Assembly (NCBI GenBank): GCA_002633005.1
Contig: NMRA01000835.1
Coordinates: forward strand, 63,774-127,773
DNA from: Phoronis australis
Lineage: Eukaryota; Animalia; Phoronida
Length of the DNA stretch: 64,000 nt
Direction: 5' to 3'
Of this stretch, positions 23,801-35,800 are shown one piece after another. Position 1 is the stretch's first letter; the number at the start of each line of letters is the position of its first letter. Below the pieces are notes generated by a model that had not been told where the DNA came from, ran no database searches, and was given only the letters and a program-made list of their open reading frames with translations. The position numbers were made by a program, and so were the translations under genes.

Positions 23801-26800
23801 AATATTGCATATGACTCATTGATTACTCAAAATGTTGCAGTTACTGTTTCACAGAATGTCCCACTAACTCCTGGGGGGCTGCCTCAGCCTGATTTCATAG
23901 GAGACGTGGCAGTGAGTAGGAATGTCTGTGTCTCTCCTGGATCTTCAATTGGTGAGTCCGTTCCAGAGACCATAAATATTAAGAAGAGTGCACTTGCATT
24001 TCTTCCCAAAGTAGACAAATGTGTTGGAACTAGGCAAGTGATTACGAATGCTGACTCCAACCCTGTACTGGCTACTCAATCACTTTCTCCGTGTGACCTT
24101 GGAGAGACAGATTTCGGTCTGTCCGGCATTTTTGCTTCAGATTGTGCGGATAATGAAAAGTTTGATCTGAAACCTGATGGCTGTTTTATTTATAACAATA
24201 CAACATCTCCAAATGTTTTAAATATTTCAGCCATCAGGTTTCTAGGCAGTGACCATCGCCTCTGTTTTGGCCAACAGAGGCGATGGTCATTGCCTACTCT
24301 GTGTCAGTCCCCGACGTTTGCGTTTCAGGAGGGAGTGATTCCCGGATTTTGCACGGCCAGTGTCATTTGCGGTTTCCGTCATGATTGACGTGCGCATTCT
24401 ACATACTTAGACATGTTGTCTGCCGCGCAAAGGCTTAAAGGACTCGAGGATTATTTTACAAACCGAGAGATGTTCCAGATACAGATATTGATTCAGATGC
24501 TGGTACGACAAATAAGTCAGCTAATGATATGGATCGTGGTGATAACGCGGCCAGTCAACGAGGCGCAAATACCTGTGCAATGAACGGTGAACCTTTCAAT
24601 CAAAGTACTGACAAGTTGCCGACAACATCGGACATCAGCTTTTTTACAATTCGCTCCGAAACTGAGAACAGATTGTTTTTATGAACAAGAAGAATGGATT
24701 TGTGACAATCTTGAAAATGGCATAGTTGCTAACGTTCGACAATACAGTCGATATCTGTGTTGAAATTGATTTCTACTTGCTTTCCCGTCCAAGTAAATGG
24801 AAACGCACGTGAATCGGTTTGTTTACAGTCAAGTGACCTAATTATCGGACGTTTTGGTACATTTTGCATTATATTTAATTGAAAATACTACGTATTGTTG
24901 TAAATTCTTTGCTGAAATAAAGACTTACCTTCACGGAATTGTTCTGTTACTATATCTTGTCACTGAAAGCCGCATTTATGTTCCGACTGATCTTTAAAAA
25001 AAACAACAAGCAAACCTTCGGAGAACCTAAACATCGGACACCATGTTTCCCCATATGCCACACCGCGGAAAACTGACTAACCACGTAATGGCCGCGGGCA
25101 CCTTGTAGCCAAATTTCAGCTCAAGTGTTTTGACATATATACTGCTAGAACACAGGGCCATTTGCAACAAAATTATCCATCAAATGAAATCTGATGACGG
25201 CGCCAAGTCGTTTCGATGAATTAGTGCAGACGACTAAAGCACGTGCAAACTCACTGCAGTTTTTAGTGTCACTTCTTGATATGACAGACCCGCACGTGCG
25301 CGGTCGGGGTTTGACTTGAGTTTAAAAACAAATGAAAAAATGGAACAGTGACATATTGTCAGTTCATTGAGATGGTTTCATTGGGGAAAAAGATTTTATT
25401 TTCAACTTTTATAACCGATTTGTGCGATCATCCATTTTAGGCCGACTTGGGGGTCTAGATTGCACCCTCTCTTGGTGAAATCAAAACGAGGCACAGCTGT
25501 AAAAAACGAGACAGTGCTGGACATTGAATGCATTACAACGGAACAAAAATTGGTGTCATTTAATTCTCAGATTATGCTTCAGATAAGATGCTATGAAATG
25601 TCCGATATTTAGGTTCCGTCTGATAATTAGGTACACTGTGTACTCTACCTAATTAGATATTCATGACGTAGTGGTGGTCATGTACCTAGCTGGTTCCCGG
25701 CGTACCGCTAGGTGGTCAGTAGCCAGCACGCAGGTATCACTTATCCTCGGGAAATTTTTTTACACCGGCGTTTCTGATTCGCTATTCGAATTCTCGACAG
25801 GCAGCGCTTTACGCAAACAAACTGGCATGACTGATGGACTGAAGTGTAAATGTGGTCTGTTGTACAGACAAATCGGTGCTTAAAATTTATGTTCAGGAAA
25901 TGTGAAGCCTAGAAATTGTGATTGCTCTTCTTCGGAATGCATCTTTCTACTGTCAAAGACTTTTGTTTATGATAGTGTCCTGTATTCATGCAGTATGAAT
26001 AACACACCGGTTGAATCACCAGATATGTGTTTCATGTATGTGCTTCAAGCACGTGGCTATTAAACATAACTGCAGAAATGAAATAGTTGTGACGCCACTT
26101 ACATGACAAGGTTAAAAATCGTTCTCAGTTCGCCATTTTTTCACAGTGTTGTAAAGGTAACCAATGACTGCCGAGGTTACATCAATCAATGCTAAAGTGC
26201 GTACCACTGCGTGATACCTGTGTGCTGGCTGGGCTAAGCATGCAGGAAACCAGCGAGAAATGTAAATGTTGTCTGTTGTACAGACAAATCGGTGCTTAAG
26301 TAAAATTTATGTTCAGGAATTGTGAATCCTAGAAATTGTGGTTGCACCTTTTCGGAGTGCATCTTTTTACTGTCGATGACTTTTGTTTACAGTAGTGTCC
26401 TGTGTTCATGCAGTATGAATAACACACCGGTTAAATCGGCCAGATATGTGTTTGTATGTGATTCAAGCACACGGCTCGGGCTGATCCAGGATTTTGTGTT
26501 GGGGGGTGGACAGGGCAGAGTATTAGCCAGGATTTTGCCCGTCAGACATTGGCACCCCCATACTGCCAAATGGAATCTGGGAGAATTTAAGGGGGGGGGG
26601 TCATGGCCCCCTTGGCCCCCTCTAAATCCGCCACTGCGACTATTAAACATCACTACAAAAGCGAAATAGTTGCAGCAACGGCCACTTGCATGACAAGGCT
26701 AAAAATCCTTAACAGTCCGCCAGTTTTTCTTAGTGTTGTAAAGCTAATCAATGACTGCTGAGGTTACATCAACCAATGCGCATACCACTGCGTGATACCT

Positions 26801-29800
26801 GCTTGCTGGCTAGGCATGTAGGGAACAGGTCTGGACTCGTATGTTGAGCAATTCTGCAAGAAATCTCAATTTCTAGTTTGATAAAATGACATGGAGAACA
26901 GATTTGTGTGTCTTGAACATTTTGATTTCTCCTGGTATGTGACTGACTTCTTTTATCATCTGGTTTTTTGCAATACTTACTATACTTTGGTTCATTTTAG
27001 CCTCGCAACTGCTACTGCAGGTAATGTTGATTTGCAAAGTTAAGGCATCTTTGTGTTCCAAGGGACTTCTACATGTACTGGCATACCTGTAATAGCTTTT
27101 TACATACAGGTGAAGTGTCCAGAATCTATGGAGTTTCAGTAGAATTGTATTTGCACCTCTTGAATATAGCTTTCTCTGATCTGAGAAGATGAGAACCATT
27201 GGATGAAATCAGTTTTCCAAATAAGGGACCATCACGAACTGACACATTCGACGAGTCCCTCTTACAATTTAAAGGCCTAATTTATCTGGAAGTGATGGAA
27301 AAAGTAGGCATTTGGACATGTATTTAATACTTGACTTGTCCAATTGCCTTCTTTTTTATTCACTTCCAGATAAACTATTAATAATTTGTTGGCTGACACA
27401 ATTCTTTAACGATGAGAGTACAAAAGTTTAATATTGGATTCTTATGCTTTTATAGGAAGGGCGGTTAGAGGAAGCAATAGAAAGTCTTCTCACATTAGAA
27501 AAACAGACTAGAACGGTAAGTTTCATTTGGCTTGTTAAATAAAAAAGATGAAATCTGTTGTTATCAGAGTGTTCATGTTTGCGAATGTTAAATGAAGGGC
27601 AATTGAAGGGTGTTCCATTCATGATCAGCTGTTGTGATGACAATCACAACTGTTGCATAAGATGCTTGTAACATGTGTGCTTCAGTTATCTACACTATCA
27701 TGCATTCTATGGTCACCATGTTAAGCTTATGTAAGACCCTAGAGTAGTGTTCAATGTTGGCCAACTTCGGAACATCACATCTTAAGAGTGGCTGAACGGA
27801 TTCACCTAAAACTCTAATTACATTTTACGTAATGTTGTTTTAAAAATTTTAATGTTTGCTTGAGTGACTATCAAAAATAGGACTAACACGATTTTTGTGA
27901 AAAAAAAATTAAAGTTGCATAAAATGAAAACGAAATGATAATTTAAATTTAAAAAACTGTAACAGCATTTTTTGGATTTTATCGCGAACATTTACGTCAT
28001 GTGAAATTTGGTCATGCCTATTGCTTTCTTATGGATGTACCTTTCTTTTTTGCTAAATTACAATAAGAAAGCAAGGTCACGTGACCCTATTAATGGCACA
28101 TTGGTATAATGTCAAACATCGAATCCTACGAAATTTCTGCTTTCATAAAATATATAGTTTTGCTGAGTTTATATTATTAAGTTTTGTAGACATTTGACTA
28201 CATGTACAGACTTGTCATTAAGGTCTTATGTAACCGTAAATGAAAAATTGACATCTTTTGAACGACTGGAGAATGATTCAATATCTGTATTGCTTTCATC
28301 ACAATTAGCCTTTGCTGGAGGTTTGTTTTAATTATCTTAATCGCTGTCATCATTTCAGGCGTCAGACATGCATTCAACTGCACGCATTCTTGTTGCCATC
28401 GTGAAAATGTGTTACGAGACAAAGAGGTGGGACTTACTCAATGAAAACATAGTTCTCCTTACCAAACGTAGGGGTCAGTTGAAACAGGTGAGTGGGGCTG
28501 TGTTTCTGGCTTATCGGCTGGCATGATTACTAACACTTGTCTTTGGTGATATGGTTAGGTAATTGGCAAAGATGGCTGCTGTTAGAGATGTCACAGCATC
28601 TCTTCATAAAGGATGTAATTAGTATAATGATAGTCTTGTTTGTACTTGTTCCAACACGTCTAAATATGATAGAGGAATGACTCATACATAATATTTTAAT
28701 CAGCAAAGATGGTGTTCTAAAAATATTTTATTTGTATGGTGAAGTTGCTGTGATTTCATTAAGCCAGTCATTGTAGTTTTTGTATCAGATTATTTGTTGT
28801 CAAAGGATTTATTGATTTGACTGTTATTTGTTATGTCACAGCACATGTTGATAATTTCCATTAGCTTAGTAGCCATGATTATAGTGCTAAGACATTGTCA
28901 CCATTTGGAAATGTAGCTTACTCTTGTGTGGTGTGGGGTAAGCAACAAGCACTGCTCAACATTGGGGCCAGTGATAGAGTCGAGCATATTTTCACAAATA
29001 TTGTAAAGAGAGGCTGTGAATTCTTGTGTAACTTTTCAAAAAATTTTGTGTTTATAATGCGATTTAAAACACGATAGCTATAACTTTGAAGTGATGTGTT
29101 TTATGGATTTGATATTCTAAAATTCAATTAACCTCGGCGACCTGATAAATATGAAGCCTTAAACTTAATACCATATGTGGAATCTTGTCCATGATTGCCT
29201 TTAGCCACATGTCTGCAAAACTATGGCCGAATTAAACCCAGTAAAATTAGTTATTTCCTGTAAGCAGGAAACCTTTAGAATTTGAATTGTAACTTTATTA
29301 CAATTGGCCATTAATTGGGCCATGTCTTTTTAATGAAAAAGAATCTTAAGGTGCAGTCTTAAAAACACGGCGTTATAGATAAGGTGATCAAATTTCTTTT
29401 CATATAATTCTTCAAAATGAACTCTCAAAAATACTGTTACAATTTCCTAAATTACTTTGTTTTGATTTTATCCACCTTCTGATGTCTGTTTTGATTGCCC
29501 TAAATCCAAAAGTGGTACAATTTGAAAACCATTTCTAATAGGCTAGCGTAATCAGCAAGTTGAGTCCGATCAGTCAATTCTAGGATTTGATGATCCAAAA
29601 GTTGTCAAATTTGTTCTAGGGGGCTGCATACTGTTATTGGTAAACGGTGCAATTTTTTAGTTCTTCTTGGTAATGGTGTACTTCATTTAAACATTTTTTC
29701 CAGGCAGTGACCAAAATGGTGCAGGAAGCATTCACTTATGTCGACAAAATGCCTGACAAAGAGACACAGCTCAAACTCATCGACACACTCAGAACTGTAA

Positions 29801-32800
29801 CTGCTGGAAAGGTAGGTGTTTTCTGGTAAGATCGCGTAAGGTTGGAATTTGTCTGCATTGATGTTAACAGCCGAGATCATTAATAAGCGGTTTGCCAACA
29901 AATTTAAAATGGTAAAATAGCGAATAGGCGACTTTCTACCATTACGATGGTTTGTGTCTCATTCAGACACTGAGATTCAGCACACCATTCAAGTACTGGC
30001 TACTTCTAACAGTAGCATTCATATCTAATTGTATGCGGTTTACTAATGTAGAAATAGATAAAAGATCACATATAAATTGGTTGATGATAGTAGGTAAAGC
30101 TCTCATTCCTAGGGTAAAATAATAAAAAGAACGAAATGGCCCGAGTGTAATTAAGTATTAATATTTGATTATTTGTTATCTTGCTACCCAGTGTCTTTTC
30201 TAACATCAACTCGTGTACCCGATTAAATGAGACATCGTTTCATTGAACAATTTGTTGTAGATCTATGTAGAGATTGAGCGTGCTCGACTCACACGTATCC
30301 TGGCTCAGATCAAAGAAGATGAGGGTAACATCGCTGAGGCGGCCACTGTTCTACAGGAGTTGCAGGTATGTAGACAACACTTCTTGTTCACGGGACAATT
30401 CTTGCTTACTCGTCACCTATTTTGCGTAATTGGACTTGGCTGATTGATGATTATAGTTGAGAGCATAGGGTTTTATGTTTAAAGCCCCTTACAGCGCTAT
30501 CTTTGAAAACCATTGTTTTGGTTTATGATTTGTAGTGGAATGCTTTGTTTTGGTTTTTAATGCGGCGAGCTAGCTAGTTTTATTCCAGCTTGTAGTTAAC
30601 AATTTTGGTTTTTGAGCAAATTAGCTTTGTGTCTTCAACCGTCTATAACAAGAAACCAGTTTTAGATCCACACAAAATCTTAACACGTTTAGACCTGGTT
30701 GCGGTTTTGCTTGTTGATTTTACAACAAAACGCCTGACATGCGTTGACCACCATTTGAATCTTATGGAAACTCCACCAGCTCAGTTCTTGTACATGCGCA
30801 GATATTGTCTTGCTTCAGGAATATTATACATTTTTGACAATATTTGATCAGACAACTAACTCAATGTCAGTGATATGGGATCTAACATACCAGGTTCAAC
30901 GGATTCTAAAAAGTTATTGCAGTTGGCTCAGATGAATTCAAAATATGTCCCACCCGCGGTCACCATCATCGTTTTCGCACCCATGTTGCCACTAACGTTG
31001 CAAATCATTGGGGAGCACATACCCTGCATATTGCAAAAATGCATGTCCCAACTGTTGTTTTTTATGTTTGATTAAAATGAAATGCAGCTGTACCCATCGC
31101 TAGTCATGAAACATACTGGGGTAGCAGACAAATCCACACCTGAGAGATGGTGCTTAAGGACTGAATCCGAAAAGGACAGAAGAAGTTCATGTGACCCATA
31201 AGTCTGGTAAATTGAGCCATAGATAGTGTCTTTGGGGTCATTTGACCCGTGGGCATGTTTTTCTAAAAAGATCACTGATATCATGAATCTCAATAACCCA
31301 CAGTTATCATCATGTAAGTTGTACAACAAACACATGCATGCACACAGTTATGTACAGCAGTCACATTACTGTGAAGCAATCCCTTCTTCACTGTGTTTAG
31401 GTGGAGACCTATGGGTCTATGGAGAAGAAAGAGAAGGTGGAGTTCATTCTGGAACAGATGAGACTCTGCCTGGCCAAGAAGGACTTCATCCGCACACAGA
31501 TCATCAGCAAGAAGATCAATACAAAGTATTTTGAGGACAGTGAAACAAAGGTATGAGCCAGCATGTTTGAACCACTCTTGTTGGGAAGTCGCCTAATCTT
31601 TAATTGTGATAACTGGAACTTGATCACAAGCGACATTATTTTACATTTACCGAGTTTTCCAAACCAGAGTAATTTTCAAATGCAGATATCAGTGCTGGCC
31701 GAGGGTCTAATCTCTGAACTCAATCTCTACTCAGACTCAAAACTTAAACCAATTATGCCACTTGATTTGATTACTACATTAAAAGTTTAGTTGAAGCGTG
31801 ACATGTATTCGGTCAGTTTTCAAAATTGAGATTGGAGTACAGAGATTAGACTCCCAGCCTTAGCATATTGTTAAGTGTTCTAGGCAATGTTAGGCCTTGG
31901 AACGCACTGTCACATAGCCAATTGTGTATCATACTTGAAAAGTTATCATTGAACTAAGTCATTGCTAATGCTCTACTTGGTCTCCTCTGAAGGCACAAAA
32001 TGAACTTGGATCAGTGTTTCTGATGTTGTGAGCTGTTGTTGCTGGCAGTTTTTGTGCTTGTACATTGACAATGTTCAAGGTACGGTGGAACGGGCCCAGC
32101 ATAAAATAATTTTTAGAGAGCCAAAGGCAGCCTTCATTGCTGGACCTGGTGCTCTCAAGATTTGTCAGTTGATGGTTGTGTTTAACACCAAGCTTATTGT
32201 GCTTCACTTCAGGACTTGAAGCTCAAATTCTACCAGTTGATGATTGAGCTTGGTGAGCATGAAGAATCTTACTTGTCTAACTGCAGACACTTCAGAGCAC
32301 TGTATGACACACCAGCTGTGCTAGAGGAACCAGCTAAGCGCAATGAGGTGAGCTGCTCAGTGACTTGACTCATCTTTAATGATGTGTTCAAGTATTCTTT
32401 TACACAAACTTTTTATGTATTCTTAACAGTGCCTAGTAATATGTACAAATGTTGTTAAAACTAGAAAGTGAACGCTCTGGTGAAACTGGAAACAGACTGC
32501 AAATTGCTGCCTGTGAACTGTTGTACTTTGTTGTTTACGTGACTGAGTTACACCCTTGAATTTTTCTCGCAATTTTGTTCCTGAGTTTAAAGTGGCTCTA
32601 AACCTTTGTTTTGGTGAAGTGCAAACTTGTGAGCAGAACCACTTACCTTTATTATATTGGTCTCATTTTGTTTCCTTACTCAGATCAGAACTGATTGATT
32701 TCTGGGTTTGCACAGAATTAATAGTCCATTATTGGTTTACACCATACTCAGTGTATAAAATGACAGGCCATGGCAATCCAACTTCTGGAATATAATCTCA

Positions 32801-35800
32801 TGCAGTAAAGAACGTCCAGTTCTTTCATACCTCTGAAATCTTCTCTAATTTGACCGACTTCATAACGGTAAGTGCTCTGAATCAAACATTGGGGTGTACA
32901 TTGTCATTACCTGTCTGGACATCTGGTGACTGGTGTCCACTGCGTTATATTCAAAATCCTAGTTTTGTCGTGTCTTCGCAGGCTCTGGTTGGTGTGGTAT
33001 GCTACGTGATTCTAGCTCCCTATGACAATGAGCAGTCAGACTTGATCCACAGGATAAAAGAAGACAAACACTTGACTGAAATACCCAAATACAAGTAAGT
33101 GGAGCCTGGCTTCAAGAGGCTACTGCACATTGTCGGGATATAAATGTGAATTAGTTTATGTTTACAACTGACGTAAGATCTTGGTTTTCTGCGAACCCCG
33201 TAAATGAAGACTAGAAAGCCTTCAACACTGAACACTTTCAGATATTAATTTATTCTGTTTTGCTTTATGCTTTAACCAAATTATATGTTTAAGGCACAGG
33301 GATCATGTTACAGATGCTTAGTAGTGTGCCTTAAATTTACTGGTTCTTTAAGCAAGTGTGTAATGGTCTCTTTAAGTAAGCAGCCTGGCTATTGTGCTGT
33401 GCAAATAACTACGACGAGGATTTAATAACACTCATACTTGTACTCCTTCAAAGCAACTATATTCAGACTATACATCAGTTTTTGCGGTTATCTCCATGTC
33501 TCCCCATCTATACGAGACTAACAGCCGATACAGACACTATTCCTACTGACAACAGTTGTATCTGAAACAGCTTGTTGAACCTAAATATCACATCACTCAA
33601 CCACTGTAGCTCCAGCTGGACTCCAGGAGTTCAATGTTATTTAGGCCCAGTTTACTGTGTCTTTTTGCTAAAAAGTGGCTCTGCTTTGTAGCGGTTGTCT
33701 GTACTCCCTCCCCTTATGTAACTGTTCATTTGTTTTCCAGGCAACTGTTGGAGTTGTTCACCACATCAGAACTCATGCGGTGGAAACAGGTGTGTGCTGA
33801 CTATGAACAAGAGCTCAAGACTGGACTGTCCTCTCATATATTCAACCCGAAGACCGAAGCTGGGCAGAAAAGATGGAACCACCTCAAGATCAGAGTTGTT
33901 GAACATGTGAGTGTAGAGGTGGATTTTGGTTACGGCACTTGTCTGAGTTAACAATCATGTTTGGCTTGACACCGATCTCCAAAGTATCCGCTTGTAAGCA
34001 CCCATGCCTGACTAAAGCCTCACAAATATAAGTGCCCAGGACTTTAACCTGCTAGGTATGGTGATATTACGTCACCATTTCTGCTCCTGTAGGACATACC
34101 AAGCACTGATTTCATCATGTGTCACTCCTTGGAACGCTTTTATTTGTGCTCGATGTTTTTTTCATTTTGTTTTCTAGTAACTCTGATTAACCTATTGCTG
34201 GGCTCAAAATAATACATGGCCGTATTGAAAACAACCCTCAACAGTATGAAAATTATCAGGTCGTTGTTTTCAATCTGGCCAAATTCCAAGTTTGTAATTT
34301 AGGTGTTCAACTCGCACACACTAATCCCAGCTCGCCCAACTTTGATGACCAAAAAACAAAATGTTGAGGTAATTGTCAGTGTTGCCGTGCCCATACTCCC
34401 CCCCCCTTGACTAAAGCTAAAAGAAAACCCCATTTGGGGCGTTTTTGGGTGATGTGAGCCCGCAGGAGTTGGAATGCCCAACTCGTTCACATACAAGTAA
34501 TGCGAGTCGGCCAAATGTAGCTCACATTTCTAAATTTCGTGTAGCAAATGCGACCTGCATGTGTAAAATTGGGAAAGCCATCAAGGTTTGGAATTTTCCG
34601 CGGAAATGCGGATTTCCGCTTTTTTCTTTTATTCTCTCCGCGTATTTTTAGTATACTTCCGCGGAAAAAAATCGGATTTGCCATAAAATTATCGCGGCAA
34701 ATTGATTTCCCACTGTGGTGTTGCCGACGACTCAAAAACCGGAAACTGCTGTTTATGTTTTGGAGGAACGAAAATTGCAATTGCGGATCACAGGTGCGCC
34801 GAATTTCCCGATGACTCGTAACCATATATAAGAAACACGTTTTCTTAGTAGTGAGTGACGTCAGTGGCAATCGAGGAACTAATAAATTCAAGTGCCTGTG
34901 CCTGGAATAGCATGGTTCATCAATGGCGTCTACATTTGGTATAAAATTGCTGTGACAAATAGTGCGATTCTGCGGTCAAAAATGCGTGGTTTAGACTGAA
35001 TATTTCGTGGAAAAAGTGGATAAAAGAAACTGTCAATGTCTTCACAAATCAAGGTTTGTGGTCGTGGTCTGTAAACTTTGAGAGATGAACAATTATGAAG
35101 TTCGTGGCCGAGTCACCTTGGACTATGTTGGAGTTGGAGGACTGACTGAAAACGATGAAACTCTAGAAATAACAATGCTTCCTGAAAGGAAATTCAACCA
35201 TAACCAGTTATTCGTTGGATTGGAATCGTGGGATGTGAGTGATGTATGAAATTCTTTTGTTTGATACCGCACGCACACCTGTTGCCGTTGGCTGCTAGTG
35301 CTAGACCTGACCGTTTGAGTGCGATTTTCTACGTGCCGCCAAAACGGGATACAAAGTGCTATTTTCGTTACTGCAAATGTCTTTAAATTGTTGTTTATGT
35401 ATTTCAATTTATTTTGACATTTTTCGTGTTCTAGTTTGTGACTAGTTTTGCAGTTCGAGAGAAGTGATCACGGGACAGGTTCTGAATGATGTGATTGGTC
35501 TAAGCCATTGTTCACAAATTCTGCCAGCCTATTTTCAGTGTCCTGGTAGTTATTTCTTGTCACATAGTTTCTTCTACACCAGCGTGGCTTATGAACAATT
35601 AACTCCTGTAATTACTATTTGAAACTGAAAAGTTTGGCCAACTTAGGATTGTGATTGATGCATTCTATAGTTTAAAGTATGTTGTTTTTGACTTTCGTTT
35701 TCCCATGCTAACAGTTGGGATATGAGCCACAGGTTTTCGTCTTGACTTTATTCCATTTGCATTGGAATTAAATTGTTTGTTGGAATTAAATGTGTGTTTT

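Noticed and set aside
22268-24388. Functional domesticated gag gene or programmed double readthrough
   Set aside because: One frameshift plus two stops, one inside the capsid homology region, fit mutational decay better.
27780-29480. Large inverted element enclosing PSMD12 exon 3 (aactgtaacagcattttt / aaaaatactgttacaatt)
   Set aside because: Short degenerate matches, also seen near 11210; more likely independent fragments of a dispersed repeat with undefinable ends.
34440-35700. CpG-rich block with overlapping ORFs in PSMD12 intron 9
   Set aside because: Probably a transposon remnant, but no convincing TIRs or protein motifs were found.
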